Positions 54,896 to 64,000 of a DNA stretch of 64,000 nt are shown here, piece after piece. The notes under the pieces were generated by a model that worked only from the letters and a program-made list of their open reading frames with translations, was not told where the DNA came from and did not search any database. Positions within the stretch are counted from its first letter, which is position 1. Each line of letters begins with the position of its first letter. The stretch is taken from the sequence record AP017925.1. The stretch is one strand, 5' to 3'. A program made the position numbers and the translations under genes.

Positions 54896-56101
54896 CTACA
54901 CCAGTTCAGCGAGCTTACGCTCGGCAAGTTTAAGAATGTCCTCGTCCAGGTTCTTACCAGCCAAGGAGTCCATGATGAGTTTCTGTACGTTATCGCGCGT
55001 GATCTCGATGGGTACGTACTCCTGCTTAGCTTGCAGAAGTTCGGTTTGTTGCACGATAGACAGATCTTCATCGGCCTTACCAAGGCCAGTCCAGAAGTAG
55101 TACGGCTTTTCCTTCTCGTACGTGCCAATTGATTGCAAGATTGGATTTCCGACATCCGCCATGATACGGATATGGGAACCATCTGGAAAATCCTCGGTTT
55201 CTGCGAGGACCTTTTCGTGACTCTCTTCAAAACTCAAGCCACGACAGTTGACGGTGTGGAAAATCTTGGCGTCGAGTGTCTCGACGAACTGGATCTCGTA
55301 ATCGTCACTGGCGCGAACAATTGCACGTACGTGACCCTTAGGTCCTTCTTCACCGTGTGAGATACGATCAGTTGAACCTTGGGCGATGATGCGGTCAAAC
55401 TTGCTGTGGATGTGTACATGGCCGATAAAGATCAACTTATCCACAATCTTCAAGTATGCCGATGACGAATGCTTCTGGGCTTTTACTACCGGGGGCAGCT
55501 GATACTCAAACTGCCCATGCATGATAGCGTAATCCACCTTAGCGATACCTCGCTGACGCATGAGGTCGTGTACTTCTTCTAGCGTCTTTTCTGCGCTATC
55601 CGTCCACTCATCCGGCACGAACAACACATTGATCCCGAACTTCGGAATCCAAACAATGCTCAGGGTATCCACATACAGCAGATCACAGCCAATGTCCATC
55701 GACCTGTTGATCAGTTCAAAACGTTCGGACTGATCGCGATCATGACTCGGAGTGCCTCGCAGCACCCAGAGCTGGATATCCATCGCTTTGCACAGGCGCA
55801 GCATGTAGATGATCCAGTGATCGATGACATTCACCGCATGATCAGGCAGATTCAGCAAGTGATCGTAGACATCGCCCGCCAATACGATCACGTCCAGCTT
55901 TGCCGTCTCTGCATTACGAGGAAAGACGGCTTTCAGTCGTTCAACCATTTCCTCGGGCGGGTTCTTGCCATGCCCGAGGTGGAGATCACTTGCCGAAGCA
56001 ATACGAAACTCTTTAAAGGAAGACGACTGAGGAAAGGCAGCATCAATCTCCTGAGCTACCTTTTTCAGTTTTGGTTCTTTTTTGTCAGAGGAGGTCACCA
56101 T
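54896..56101 (-). CDS. SbcD/Mre11-like metallophosphoesterase nuclease
   Basis: SDLHLG, AGDVYD, RGTPSHD, MHG and GHVH calcineurin-like motifs. Confidence 0.85.
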   Translation of the reverse strand: MVTSSDKKEPKLKKVAQEIDAAFPQSSSFKEFRIASASDLHLGHGKNPPEEMVERLKAVFPRNAETAKLDVIVLAGDVYDHLLNLPDHAVNVIDHWIIYMLRLCKAMDIQLWVLRGTPSHDRDQSERFELINRSMDIGCDLLYVDTLSIVWIPKFGINVLFVPDEWTDSAEKTLEEVHDLMRQRGIAKVDYAIMHGQFEYQLPPVVKAQKHSSSAYLKIVDKLIFIGHVHIHSKFDRIIAQGSTDRISHGEEGPKGHVRAIVRASDDYEIQFVETLDAKIFHTVNCRGLSFEESHEKVLAETEDFPDGSHIRIMADVGNPILQSIGTYEKEKPYYFWTGLGKADEDLSIVQQTELLQAKQEYVPIEITRDNVQKLIMDSLAGKNLDEDILKLAERKLAELV

Positions 56102-56675
56102 CTTCGAAGTCCAGTGCGGGCTTCTCTGTGCTCACTGCTGCGACGGAAGCTCCGTCCACCACCGAGCCATCGATCTTCAGAGTTTTGCCGTAGAGAGCAA
56201 GGATCGCATTCCAACGATCCTGGCGTTGTTTGAAAAGTTCATCGCGGTTTGTTGCGATACCACGTCCATTAAATTCATGTTCGAGGTACTTTTCGGCACG
56301 TGCCGGCGACTGATTGGAAAGCATGCCGGCGGTGATCAACATCGACGACATAGAACCACGCTTGGAAGCTTCCAGGTGATTAACGATATTGCGCTCCAAC
56401 AGACTGGGCATTCTGAAGCGCACTTTCCCCTCTGCATCAACAACATCGACTTCTGCGAACGGATTACCCGCCACCGCGGCCATCAGCAGCGGAAAATCGC
56501 TGCTGACGACCTCGCCGGTGATTACGGGCAATATTTCATTTACGAACGTGCTTTCGGGAATTTTCTTCACTTCCGCATTCACGACCAAAGCCTCGTGAAT
56601 AGCGGTAATGTCTTGCGAGAGCTTGGCGTTACGGTATTCGCCAATACCAGTGGTAGCTGTCATAGCGGCACACAA
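56085..56675 (-). CDS. conserved hypothetical protein
   Basis: 196 aa, acidic LDFEDGDLL tail, overlaps the next gene. Confidence 0.6.
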   Translation of the reverse strand: MCAAMTATTGIGEYRNAKLSQDITAIHEALVVNAEVKKIPESTFVNEILPVITGEVVSSDFPLLMAAVAGNPFAEVDVVDAEGKVRFRMPSLLERNIVNHLEASKRGSMSSMLITAGMLSNQSPARAEKYLEHEFNGRGIATNRDELFKQRQDRWNAILALYGKTLKIDGSVVDGASVAAVSTEKPALDFEDGDLL

Positions 56676-56744
56676 CCTTCTTAAAAAGGATATAAAAGGA
56701 GTGGGGGCTGTGTATGTTTACATACAATACAGCCCCAACCAGAA

Positions 56745-57323
56745 TTACAGAAGATCCGGTTCAGCGACGGCTGGCAAACCACCCGTCTTAGTGATGGGAG
56801 CAGCTGCTGCAATGGACGCAGCAGCCGGTGTCAGCGGTTGTTCTTCTGCCGGAGTTTCCGGGAAGAAGTCCTTCGCCATCACACACTGCAACAGAATGGC
56901 GCCATCGCCGGTGATGATTTGGCCGAGTTGGCGGATGATCTCACTACCGACTTCTTTCGGCAAAGTCAGGAACTTCGTCTTGGTCAAGTTGAAGTTGTCC
57001 TGTTGGTAGGCCATCAGGCTGAAACGACGCACACCGTTTTCCGTTTGACTGCGTGCCATAACCAGGTACGAGTTATCGGACGGCAGTGTGCGAGTGATCA
57101 GCAACACTGCATCGCGTTCACCAGCACCGAGAGGTTCCGGACGCACCAGGATTTCATCCTGACGTACCGGCAAATACGGGCTGGCGCTCATTTCGAGGAA
57201 CGAACCGATGTGACGCATTGCTTCGCCGACGGTGCGATTAATGAGTACCGGCGACCCGGCGGCGTCTTCCACTGCATGTGCGACTTGATGGCTGACGAAA
57301 TCCATCAGTTCTTTCTTATCCAT
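56745..57323 (-). CDS. hypothetical protein
   Basis: 192 aa, overlaps the end of 57316-57720. Confidence 0.55.
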   Translation of the reverse strand: MDKKELMDFVSHQVAHAVEDAAGSPVLINRTVGEAMRHIGSFLEMSASPYLPVRQDEILVRPEPLGAGERDAVLLITRTLPSDNSYLVMARSQTENGVRRFSLMAYQQDNFNLTKTKFLTLPKEVGSEIIRQLGQIITGDGAILLQCVMAKDFFPETPAEEQPLTPAAASIAAAAPITKTGGLPAVAEPDLL

Positions 57324-57720
57324 TGTTGACCTCGGTAATTGACTTGAATTTGCCGTTGAAATACGTGAGCAAGCGATTGGCAGTATAACTAATGCCGTCT
57401 TCTGTAAAATTCAGAGCCAGTGTAATTTTTATCGTCGTTTGCGACTCGACGGCATTATCGAGTACAAATCGGGCCTCAGCGATCACCTGTTCGTAATAGC
57501 GACCGAGGTAGGTCTGCACAGAACGAGCGATGGCTTCAGCAGTTTGCAGAGGATCACCGGAATAGTTCTCGATGATATACTGCATGTTCGAAATGTTGTT
57601 TTTGTAGACGTTGGACTGTTCCTGATCCGTGCTCACGTAGTGCGCGAGCAAGAAGTCGATTTTCGACGACAGATCCGTCACCCAGCCCTGGGTGGAAAGT
57701 GTAGGTACTGGAATCGCCAT
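57316..57720 (-). CDS. conserved nucleus-block protein (phiKZ gp59-like, tentative)
   Basis: VPTLSTxGWV and TDxxQS motifs recalled from the family; synteny downstream of beta-prime N. Confidence 0.5.
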   Translation of the reverse strand: MAIPVPTLSTQGWVTDLSSKIDFLLAHYVSTDQEQSNVYKNNISNMQYIIENYSGDPLQTAEAIARSVQTYLGRYYEQVIAEARFVLDNAVESQTTIKITLALNFTEDGISYTANRLLTYFNGKFKSITEVNNG

Positions 57721-57826
57721 GGTGCTCTCGGAGAAAAAGAAAAAGTGTTAAGGCATAAACCCCATACCATGCGCGCCACCCGAAGGCAGCACACACGGTA
57801 TAGGGAATCTACACTACACTTTTCTT

Positions 57827-58120
57827 TTATGCCGGCAACTTATTCTCGAAAGTCCAGCTGTGAGTGTCGGCGAGGCGCTGACCATACGCCACTGCTTCAG
57901 CGGCATTGCCAAAATCAGCGCAGGAGAGTGCGCGACCGTCTTTGTGGCGCAGATAGCAGGAGAAGAACTCGGGATTGGCGTTGTCGACAATCACTTCCTT
58001 TTCGTCATCGTCCGTCATCTTACCAGTGTAGCGCACACCAGTAACTTCCAAGCCGGTGAAGTTTTCGGGCTGGTCATTGATCACCTTCGATGCGTAGATC
58101 TCGTTTTTGAATTCGCTCAC
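57827..58120 (-). CDS. small hypothetical protein
   Basis: 97 aa, GTG start with AGGA SD, flanked by terminators. Confidence 0.55.
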   Translation of the reverse strand: MSEFKNEIYASKVINDQPENFTGLEVTGVRYTGKMTDDDEKEVIVDNANPEFFSCYLRHKDGRALSCADFGNAAEAVAYGQRLADTHSWTFENKLPA

Positions 58121-58146
58121 GACATTTTTCCTTTCTATTCACAATG

Positions 58147-58180
58147 GCATAAAGCGAGAGGGAAAACCTCTCGCTTTATG
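58147..58180. terminator. intrinsic terminator
   Basis: CATAAAGCGAGAGG/CCTCTCGCTTTATG perfect inverted repeat. Confidence 0.8.
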
Positions 58181-58186
58181 TTTCAC

Positions 58187-58810
58187 TTACAGACTCGCAC
58201 CATACTGGCTGGTTGGGTCTTTCTCTCCGGCCTCGTAGGCATCTTCCGCGGCTTCCTGAGAATCACGGATAGCTGCCAGCTGACGCAGCGTCAGTCGGTT
58301 GTCAGCATCGTTTTGACGATCTGCATACAGGCTGTACTGCCACGACTGTGTCTCGTGCGGCACGAGTACGCCATTCATGAGATGGCGATACGCTTGCTGC
58401 TCGTGACCGACTCGACCCGGTTCCGGATCTTCGTACGTGTCGCTATAGCCTTCGATTTTCCCGTCATACCAAGCCTGACGGAGCAAAGGACTGGTCATTA
58501 CCCAGCCTTGCATCACACTGCCTGCTGCTTGCAGCTGCGGAATCGTGAGCAGTGGCTCAATGATGTCTTGCCCCATCATGGACTCGACCTGCATGAGCAC
58601 AGCTTCGGCAGCTTCCACTGCCGCATCACTGTTGATCGCATTGAACAGTTGCATGGACCGTTCGTAGATCTTCTTCCCATATTCCGAACCCGCATTCGAC
58701 AGATTGGAGATCTGGTTTTGCAGGTAGTTGACAGTGTTTTGGCTCAACGTTCCAAACAAGCCTTTCCCGAACAACGAACCACTGTTCGGGGCGGCGACTA
58801 AACGTGCCAT
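58187..58810 (-). CDS. conserved hypothetical protein
   Basis: 207 aa immediately downstream of nvRNAP beta-prime N. Confidence 0.6.
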   Translation of the reverse strand: MARLVAAPNSGSLFGKGLFGTLSQNTVNYLQNQISNLSNAGSEYGKKIYERSMQLFNAINSDAAVEAAEAVLMQVESMMGQDIIEPLLTIPQLQAAGSVMQGWVMTSPLLRQAWYDGKIEGYSDTYEDPEPGRVGHEQQAYRHLMNGVLVPHETQSWQYSLYADRQNDADNRLTLRQLAAIRDSQEAAEDAYEAGEKDPTSQYGASL

Positions 58811-58851
58811 TGCTTTTCCTTTAGTCTGCCGGACTCAAACTTCTCTTGCGA

Positions 58852-60369
58852 TCAATGTAGAACCCTGGGTGGTGGCGCATCAGGCAGAGCCATCATGCGC
58901 GCCAGGATTACCGGATCAAGTTCTTCGTCCGTTGTTTCCATCCAGTTGGATGTGGTGCCCACCACAGTCTTGGAATGCTCCAGCGCCGAAGAGATAGCGC
59001 GGATATTGTCCAAGCTGAAGCTGTTTTTGTACGGAGCCAGATTCTTCAGCGCATTGGCGATGTAGCCATCCAGTGCAAGAGTGAACTGGAGAGCATCACC
59101 GTCAAAGTCGCAGTTCAGCGGTCGGACGATCAGGATCGACATGGAAACTGTCTGACCTTCTTCCGGACGCTTCACGCGTGCGATGAATACTGCTTGAATC
59201 GAGCCACGTTTCAGTGACGGCGGGCGGTTCAGTGTTGCTGCAATGCCGCGCGGATCAGGCGACTCAGCAATCAGTTCATTGAACAGATATTCGAGCAGCG
59301 GATGATACGTGGTCGCATACTGATGCAAAAAGTCCTGCGCCTCATTGGGAGTGAAGCCCAAGCGATACAGCTTGTTGGTGAGGTGCAGTTGGAACACCGA
59401 AGTCGCTACGCCCCACGGGATATAAATCTGCTCGTGGTGATGCGGTTCGGTGATGGATGCCACCACAGCGCGGAAGCTGAAGTGACTACGCGTTGCGAAC
59501 ACGTGTTTCCGGAAGATGCCTTCCTTCTTCGCGAGTCGCTTGGAGCATACGTAGTAGTAATACTCGGCTAGGCGCGCAACTGCACGCACAGCACGAGATT
59601 CCCGCAACCGCTGGCTTGTTGTCAGTTCTCCTTTCGAAGACGGAGTGTCGATGCCCGCCAGTGTGAGCACCGCGTTGATTGCCTTCGGAGTGAACTCGTC
59701 CAGATAGACGCCGCCAGACGTACCGTCTTCGACCACCAGGAGTGAGCGGTGGGGAATCGGGAGATGCTTGGCGAACAGGCAATTCGGATTTTCATCGAGC
59801 ATCTTGCGCAAGAAATCGGTCGTGACACGACCTTTTACCCGCGATTTGAAGATGTTCAGCGAGAACAAGAACTCCTTGATCTCCGCAAAATTCGCGATGA
59901 AGTTGTTCAGGCCGCGTTCAAACGGCAGCTGATCGATAATTGGCGAGAACTTGCCGACCTGATTCTCCGGCACGCGATATTGCGTATCCGTAAGATATTG
60001 GATCAGGTTAAAAGAGCCAATACTGAAGCGTTCGCTCAGCATTGTCCAGACGATTGGATTGATCAGCCCATCGACACCGTGTGGTGCGCGAATCCAGGTG
60101 ACGGTTTCCAAGTCCTCTGCCACCACGTCTCGCACTTCGGTGAAGCAGTATGGACAGATTGTGTTCTTGCGGAACTCGCCCTTGCTCTTCTTACAAGTGC
60201 AGGACGGTTCGTTCGACAGCATGTCCGGGGTATGGCGCGTGTAAATCGTCTTATGGATCAAATCCATGTTCTGCTCGGTAAACGCGGGCAGATCGTTAAC
60301 GATCACGGGCTCGACGGACATGGTATCAAAGGTTCGGTCGAAATCGACCAAATTCAGATGGATACCCAT
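58852..60369 (-). CDS. non-virion RNA polymerase beta-prime N-terminal/catalytic subunit (phiKZ gp55-like)
   Basis: PSCTC..CPYC zinc finger, KEGIFRKHVF, SFRAVV, LNRPPSL and catalytic NCDFDGD motif. Confidence 0.92.
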   Translation of the reverse strand: MGIHLNLVDFDRTFDTMSVEPVIVNDLPAFTEQNMDLIHKTIYTRHTPDMLSNEPSCTCKKSKGEFRKNTICPYCFTEVRDVVAEDLETVTWIRAPHGVDGLINPIVWTMLSERFSIGSFNLIQYLTDTQYRVPENQVGKFSPIIDQLPFERGLNNFIANFAEIKEFLFSLNIFKSRVKGRVTTDFLRKMLDENPNCLFAKHLPIPHRSLLVVEDGTSGGVYLDEFTPKAINAVLTLAGIDTPSSKGELTTSQRLRESRAVRAVARLAEYYYYVCSKRLAKKEGIFRKHVFATRSHFSFRAVVASITEPHHHEQIYIPWGVATSVFQLHLTNKLYRLGFTPNEAQDFLHQYATTYHPLLEYLFNELIAESPDPRGIAATLNRPPSLKRGSIQAVFIARVKRPEEGQTVSMSILIVRPLNCDFDGDALQFTLALDGYIANALKNLAPYKNSFSLDNIRAISSALEHSKTVVGTTSNWMETTDEELDPVILARMMALPDAPPPRVLH

Positions 60370-60486
60370 AACGCCTCGTGGTGAATGTGGTGTTGTGGAG
60401 GGAAAAAAAGAAAAAGCCTCCGAAGAGGCTTTTTCTCACTACTTTGAAGCACTGAGCCGGGGAGCAATCCCCGGCTTTTATGCCTC

Positions 60487-62568
60487 TTAGTAGTTACCTG
60501 CGCCGGTGCCGGTGCCCTGGCCACGAGCGTAACGACCGAAGGAGCTGGTCGCGAAGCCGGTGGAACCTTGACGACGCATGCCGCCGGCCACGAAGGCGCC
60601 AGCGTTGCCCAGGTTCTGCGGCAGGTTGCGCATGTAGGCCGGAACCATACGTGCGGTCGCTGCCGGAGCAGCCATGCCGATCTTGGTTTCGTACACCAGG
60701 CCAGCTTCAGCAACAGCGGCCGCAACCGCGTAGATGAAGGCCGGGTTGAAGGTGATACGAACAGCGCGACCGGTGATGGTCAGGCTTTCGAACAGGCGCT
60801 GCTGGATGCGGCGGGTTTCGGTCAGGCGGAACATCGGGTCGACTTCGGCGTTGGCTTGCAGGTTGGCCCAGTCGTTGATGGTTTCCAGCTCGGCGTCGCC
60901 AGTCGCGTTCAGGCATGCCAGGTAGTCGATGTCGCGGATGTCACGCTTGCCAGCCGGGGTCAGGTAGAAGCCCAGGTTGACGTACATGTTGTCGTTGTAC
61001 ACCGGGTTCGGCATCAGGCCCTTGTTGGCAGCCTTGTAGATCGGCGTGAACTTGCCGCCGGTCAGCAGGTCAGCTGCTTCGAAGATGTCGCGAATGGCGT
61101 TTTGGTCGCCACGAGCGGCAGCCGCGAACGGCGAGGTGATCCAGCTGCTTGCGCCGCATTCCGGAACGTCCATGGAGATCAGGAGATCGTCATGCACGTA
61201 GGTCTGGATCGCAGCGCCCAGCATCGCGTCGCTGACGTTGGCGTTGTTCAGCGGCAGACGAGCCGGCTTCGGCAGTTCACCACCCACGTAGCCCAGCGGC
61301 ATCTGCTGCGGAGCTTCCAGACCGATCGCGGACAGGTCACGGATGTTCAGACCACCTTCTTGGTGAGCTGCGCCGTTGCGGTGCTGTTGCACCAGAGCGG
61401 CGATCCACTTGCTGTCGTTGACCAGCGCTTGCAGGGTGCCCAGGCCTTGGATGACCACCGGCAGTTCGCAAGCTTCGTCCGGGGTGTCCAGGTTGGTGAT
61501 CACCAGACGCGGAGAGTAGATCTTCAGCTCTTCAGCCTTGGAAGCCAGGCCAGCGGTCATGCCACCGAAACCGAACGAGTTGGAAGCCATCGACGGGGTG
61601 CTGATCAGGTCGATGTAACCGAAGGTCTGGGTCACCAGTTCCTTGGCTTGGCTGGTGTTGTACTGGAACTCACCGCCTTGCTGTTGCTGGTTCTGCTGAC
61701 GGCCGGTCAGGACCGACATTTCCACCACCACGTCCGAACGAACCGGCTGGCCGGTCAGATCGGTGAAGTGCGCGTGGGATGCCTTGATCTCGTTCAGGAA
61801 GGTCAGGTTCGCGACGCTTTCGTCGATAACCCAGCCGTCTTGGGCGATCACGGAGGCCAGCAGCGTGGAGGAAGCGGTGGTCGCGTTGGCGATCACGTTG
61901 CGAACTGCTTCTTCCGAACGCAGGTCCAGGTCGGCCGGCACGGCAGTCGCATCAGCGTCGATCAGGGTGAAGCCCGGGAACTGGTTCTTCACAGCTTCTT
62001 CAACGCGAGCGCGCAGAGTTGCGTCGTAAGCATCGGCGGCCACGATCAGACGCTCGTACTTGATGCCTTGGCCGAATTGCTGTTCGACAGCGGTGGCGCC
62101 GCGGGCGGTCTGGGCCAGCAGCAGGGTGTGGTGAGCGACGTACTTCTCGTCGCTGCCCGGGTTCTTCAGCGCAGCGGCCACGACCACGGCGGAGATCAGC
62201 AGGCCTTCTTTTTCACCGTCCAGGCCGATGAAGGAGAACTTCACCGGCTGTTCGACTTCGCCTTCAGCGATCTTGTCGATCACTTCGACGATGGCGCGCA
62301 TGGCTTGGGAGGTAGCAGCACGGCTCATGCCGTAGTTGGTGCGTGCGGAGATCATGGAGCGAGTTCCTTGTTGAGTTTGTTTGGTGGTTTGCGGTTTGAT
62401 GGTTTGCTGGGTTTCTTGGGAGGCGGCACCCTGCGCGCCGGAATCCTGGGTAGCTGCAGCCGGTTTCGGCTGCGGCTGCTGCTTGTGTTGCGGCTTTTCG
62501 GCTGCCGAAGTGTCTCCGGCTTTCTTACCGTTATTGTTACCGTTGCCTTCGTCGACTTCGATGGCCAT
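60487..62568 (-). CDS. chmA: chimallin, phage nuclear shell protein (start moved to MAIEVD)
   Basis: VPADLDL, DLTGQPVRSDVVV, IRDLSAIG, KRDIRDIDYLACLNA and TGRAVRITFNPAFI..AVAEAGL align with recalled chimallin blocks; directly upstream of beta-prime N as in phiKZ. Confidence 0.88.
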   Translation of the reverse strand: MAIEVDEGNGNNNGKKAGDTSAAEKPQHKQQPQPKPAAATQDSGAQGAASQETQQTIKPQTTKQTQQGTRSMISARTNYGMSRAATSQAMRAIVEVIDKIAEGEVEQPVKFSFIGLDGEKEGLLISAVVVAAALKNPGSDEKYVAHHTLLLAQTARGATAVEQQFGQGIKYERLIVAADAYDATLRARVEEAVKNQFPGFTLIDADATAVPADLDLRSEEAVRNVIANATTASSTLLASVIAQDGWVIDESVANLTFLNEIKASHAHFTDLTGQPVRSDVVVEMSVLTGRQQNQQQQGGEFQYNTSQAKELVTQTFGYIDLISTPSMASNSFGFGGMTAGLASKAEELKIYSPRLVITNLDTPDEACELPVVIQGLGTLQALVNDSKWIAALVQQHRNGAAHQEGGLNIRDLSAIGLEAPQQMPLGYVGGELPKPARLPLNNANVSDAMLGAAIQTYVHDDLLISMDVPECGASSWITSPFAAAARGDQNAIRDIFEAADLLTGGKFTPIYKAANKGLMPNPVYNDNMYVNLGFYLTPAGKRDIRDIDYLACLNATGDAELETINDWANLQANAEVDPMFRLTETRRIQQRLFESLTITGRAVRITFNPAFIYAVAAAVAEAGLVYETKIGMAAPAATARMVPAYMRNLPQNLGNAGAFVAGGMRRQGSTGFATSSFGRYARGQGTGTGAGNY

Positions 62569-62657
62569 AATGCTTTCCTTTACGAAAATGTGATGGTTAA
62601 GTAAACAGGCTTTGCAAAGCTGTCTTTTGGAGCATATCGCACTGTAACTCCAAGATA

Positions 62658-62665
62658 GTAATATG
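62658..62665 (-). promoter_or_regulatory. early-promoter-like CATATTAC upstream of chimallin
   Basis: One mismatch to the phiKZ early consensus, about 90 nt upstream of the start. Confidence 0.55.
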
Positions 62666-62904
62666 TACTCCAAATTTCTTTGGATTCAATTTTTTCTATC
62701 GTGACAGCTCAGTGCCTATTAAACCCGCGGCATAACCGCAGGTGTGAAGAGGGCACGATGGCGTTTCTCTTCTACACAATATAGTGCGTTGTAATTTTTT
62801 ACCTTCGGTCTATTTCTCCACAATCTTGTAGACAAATTCGACAGGTGCTCTCGTTCCCCGTATCCAGAGGGCCTGTAACTAGAACCACTTTAGGTAGCTC
62901 CAGT

Positions 62905-63987
62905 ATGCAAAGCCTATTCCGTCTTGATGACAAAATCAACACGGGGAGTATTGAACTGCGTCAGTGGCGCTACGCCAAAGACGGACTGCTTCAGAACGTC
63001 GAGAAGATCGAGCAGTTCTATCAAGACTACCCCATCGCTGTATCCGGTTCACATTTGCTTGTGCGCCTGATCCAATCCGTGAACATCAGCCGTACCCTGT
63101 CGTTCGATCGTTACGTTGCGAACTGCAGCGCTCGCTCATTGAATGTTGCACAGGCGTTAAAAATCACCAGCGGTCTGAGCAAGGGTCAGATCTGGGATGG
63201 CGTGTTCTACGGCCCAGGCACCAAAGAGATCATTATTGCTCACGATACCTTGTTCCCCTTGCAGGATGCGTGGGAGAATTGGAAATCGATGCATCCGGTG
63301 ACGGTTCTACTGCACAATCAGTCTAACACCCAACTGAACGTACCAGATGGCCGTGTAAACGCTCCTGACAAGGGAGTAGCTGTGATTGCGATCAACGTTC
63401 CCATGCTGATGGCGATGTACTACCGCTTCAACCAAGAACAAGACGCGGTAGAGCTGGGTGGTGGTGAACGGCGAACCTTGTACCAGTTCATTCACAGCTA
63501 CGCTTTGACCGGGATGGTTCGTTCTCATCTCGATGGCGTGATCTTCAACCGACTCTTTAATAAGGTATCGGGTGTACCGAACACGGATGCTATCCGTAAG
63601 CACAGCTTCTTCACCAACAACTACGACTCCGCGCTGGATACCGGAGCCGACATGCAGATAGAATACCTACGAAACCTGAAGAAGCGTTTCACTGGTGTAA
63701 TGGCAGCTACACACCTGCCAGTTGCTGGTAGTCTGTTGGAATACTCGCACTTGCCGTCGATCCCGACGACTTTGCAGGCGTTCTGGGCGGTGGTTGTGTC
63801 TCGGATCAAGATCGTGGCCTTCCTCTGTATGGTGCAGAAGGACTACGAGGCGATAAATGCCAAAGAGTTGGAGACGATTCGCTGGATGATGAATCTGAAC
63901 CAAACCAAACAAGTGATCCGAAATAACCTCGGCATGGAAGCGTATTACGAAGTTGCTCCGTGGCTGGACAAGGTAGGTATCGAATAA
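62905..63987 (+). CDS. conserved phiKZ-like protein divergent from chimallin (start moved to MQSLF)
   Basis: SHLLVRLI and GVFYGPGTKEII motifs recalled from the family; conserved position. Confidence 0.6.
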   Translation: MQSLFRLDDKINTGSIELRQWRYAKDGLLQNVEKIEQFYQDYPIAVSGSHLLVRLIQSVNISRTLSFDRYVANCSARSLNVAQALKITSGLSKGQIWDGVFYGPGTKEIIIAHDTLFPLQDAWENWKSMHPVTVLLHNQSNTQLNVPDGRVNAPDKGVAVIAINVPMLMAMYYRFNQEQDAVELGGGERRTLYQFIHSYALTGMVRSHLDGVIFNRLFNKVSGVPNTDAIRKHSFFTNNYDSALDTGADMQIEYLRNLKKRFTGVMAATHLPVAGSLLEYSHLPSIPTTLQAFWAVVVSRIKIVAFLCMVQKDYEAINAKELETIRWMMNLNQTKQVIRNNLGMEAYYEVAPWLDKVGIE

Positions 63988-64000
63988 AGTTCGGGCATAA

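Noticed and set aside
1-64000. CRISPR array, integrase, transposase or IS ends
   Set aside because: No regularly spaced repeats or recombinase/transposase motifs were seen; repeats at 10.6-11.0 kb are coding low-complexity sequence.

Overview
This 64-kb window is part of a phiKZ-like, nucleus-forming jumbo phage genome (Chimalliviridae-type), not a cellular chromosome. From left to right it holds: (1) a virion block (1-22978) with a tandem array of about nine paralogous internal head/ejection proteins carrying acidic propeptides with A/S-x-E protease sites, inner-body-like proteins, two baseplate-type proteins and a zincin-motif protein; (2) the exonuclease/motif-A half of a split family-B DNA polymerase, a dNMP kinase, a thermonuclease and a virion-RNAP beta-prime fragment; (3) an accessory patch (31.9-35.1 kb) with an RLIG1/DUF5565-like RNA ligase next to an unannotated tRNA-like RNA with a 102-nt structured insert in the anticodon position; (4) a modular endolysin and an SF2 helicase; (5) a second accessory island (39.5-42.7 kb) with a CX5R phosphatase, a full-length PhaZ-type polyhydroxyalkanoate depolymerase, a Lys/Ala/Pro-rich protein and a GNAT; (6) the conserved nucleus block with non-virion RNAP subunits, sigma-like factor, PicA-like, ChmC-like, SbcD-like nuclease and chimallin. 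The best novelty candidates are the tRNA-like RNA plus RNA ligase module, the phage PHA depolymerase island, and a two-state hairpin switch over the DNA polymerase start codon. All homolog assignments come from recalled motifs and gene order; no database search was run.
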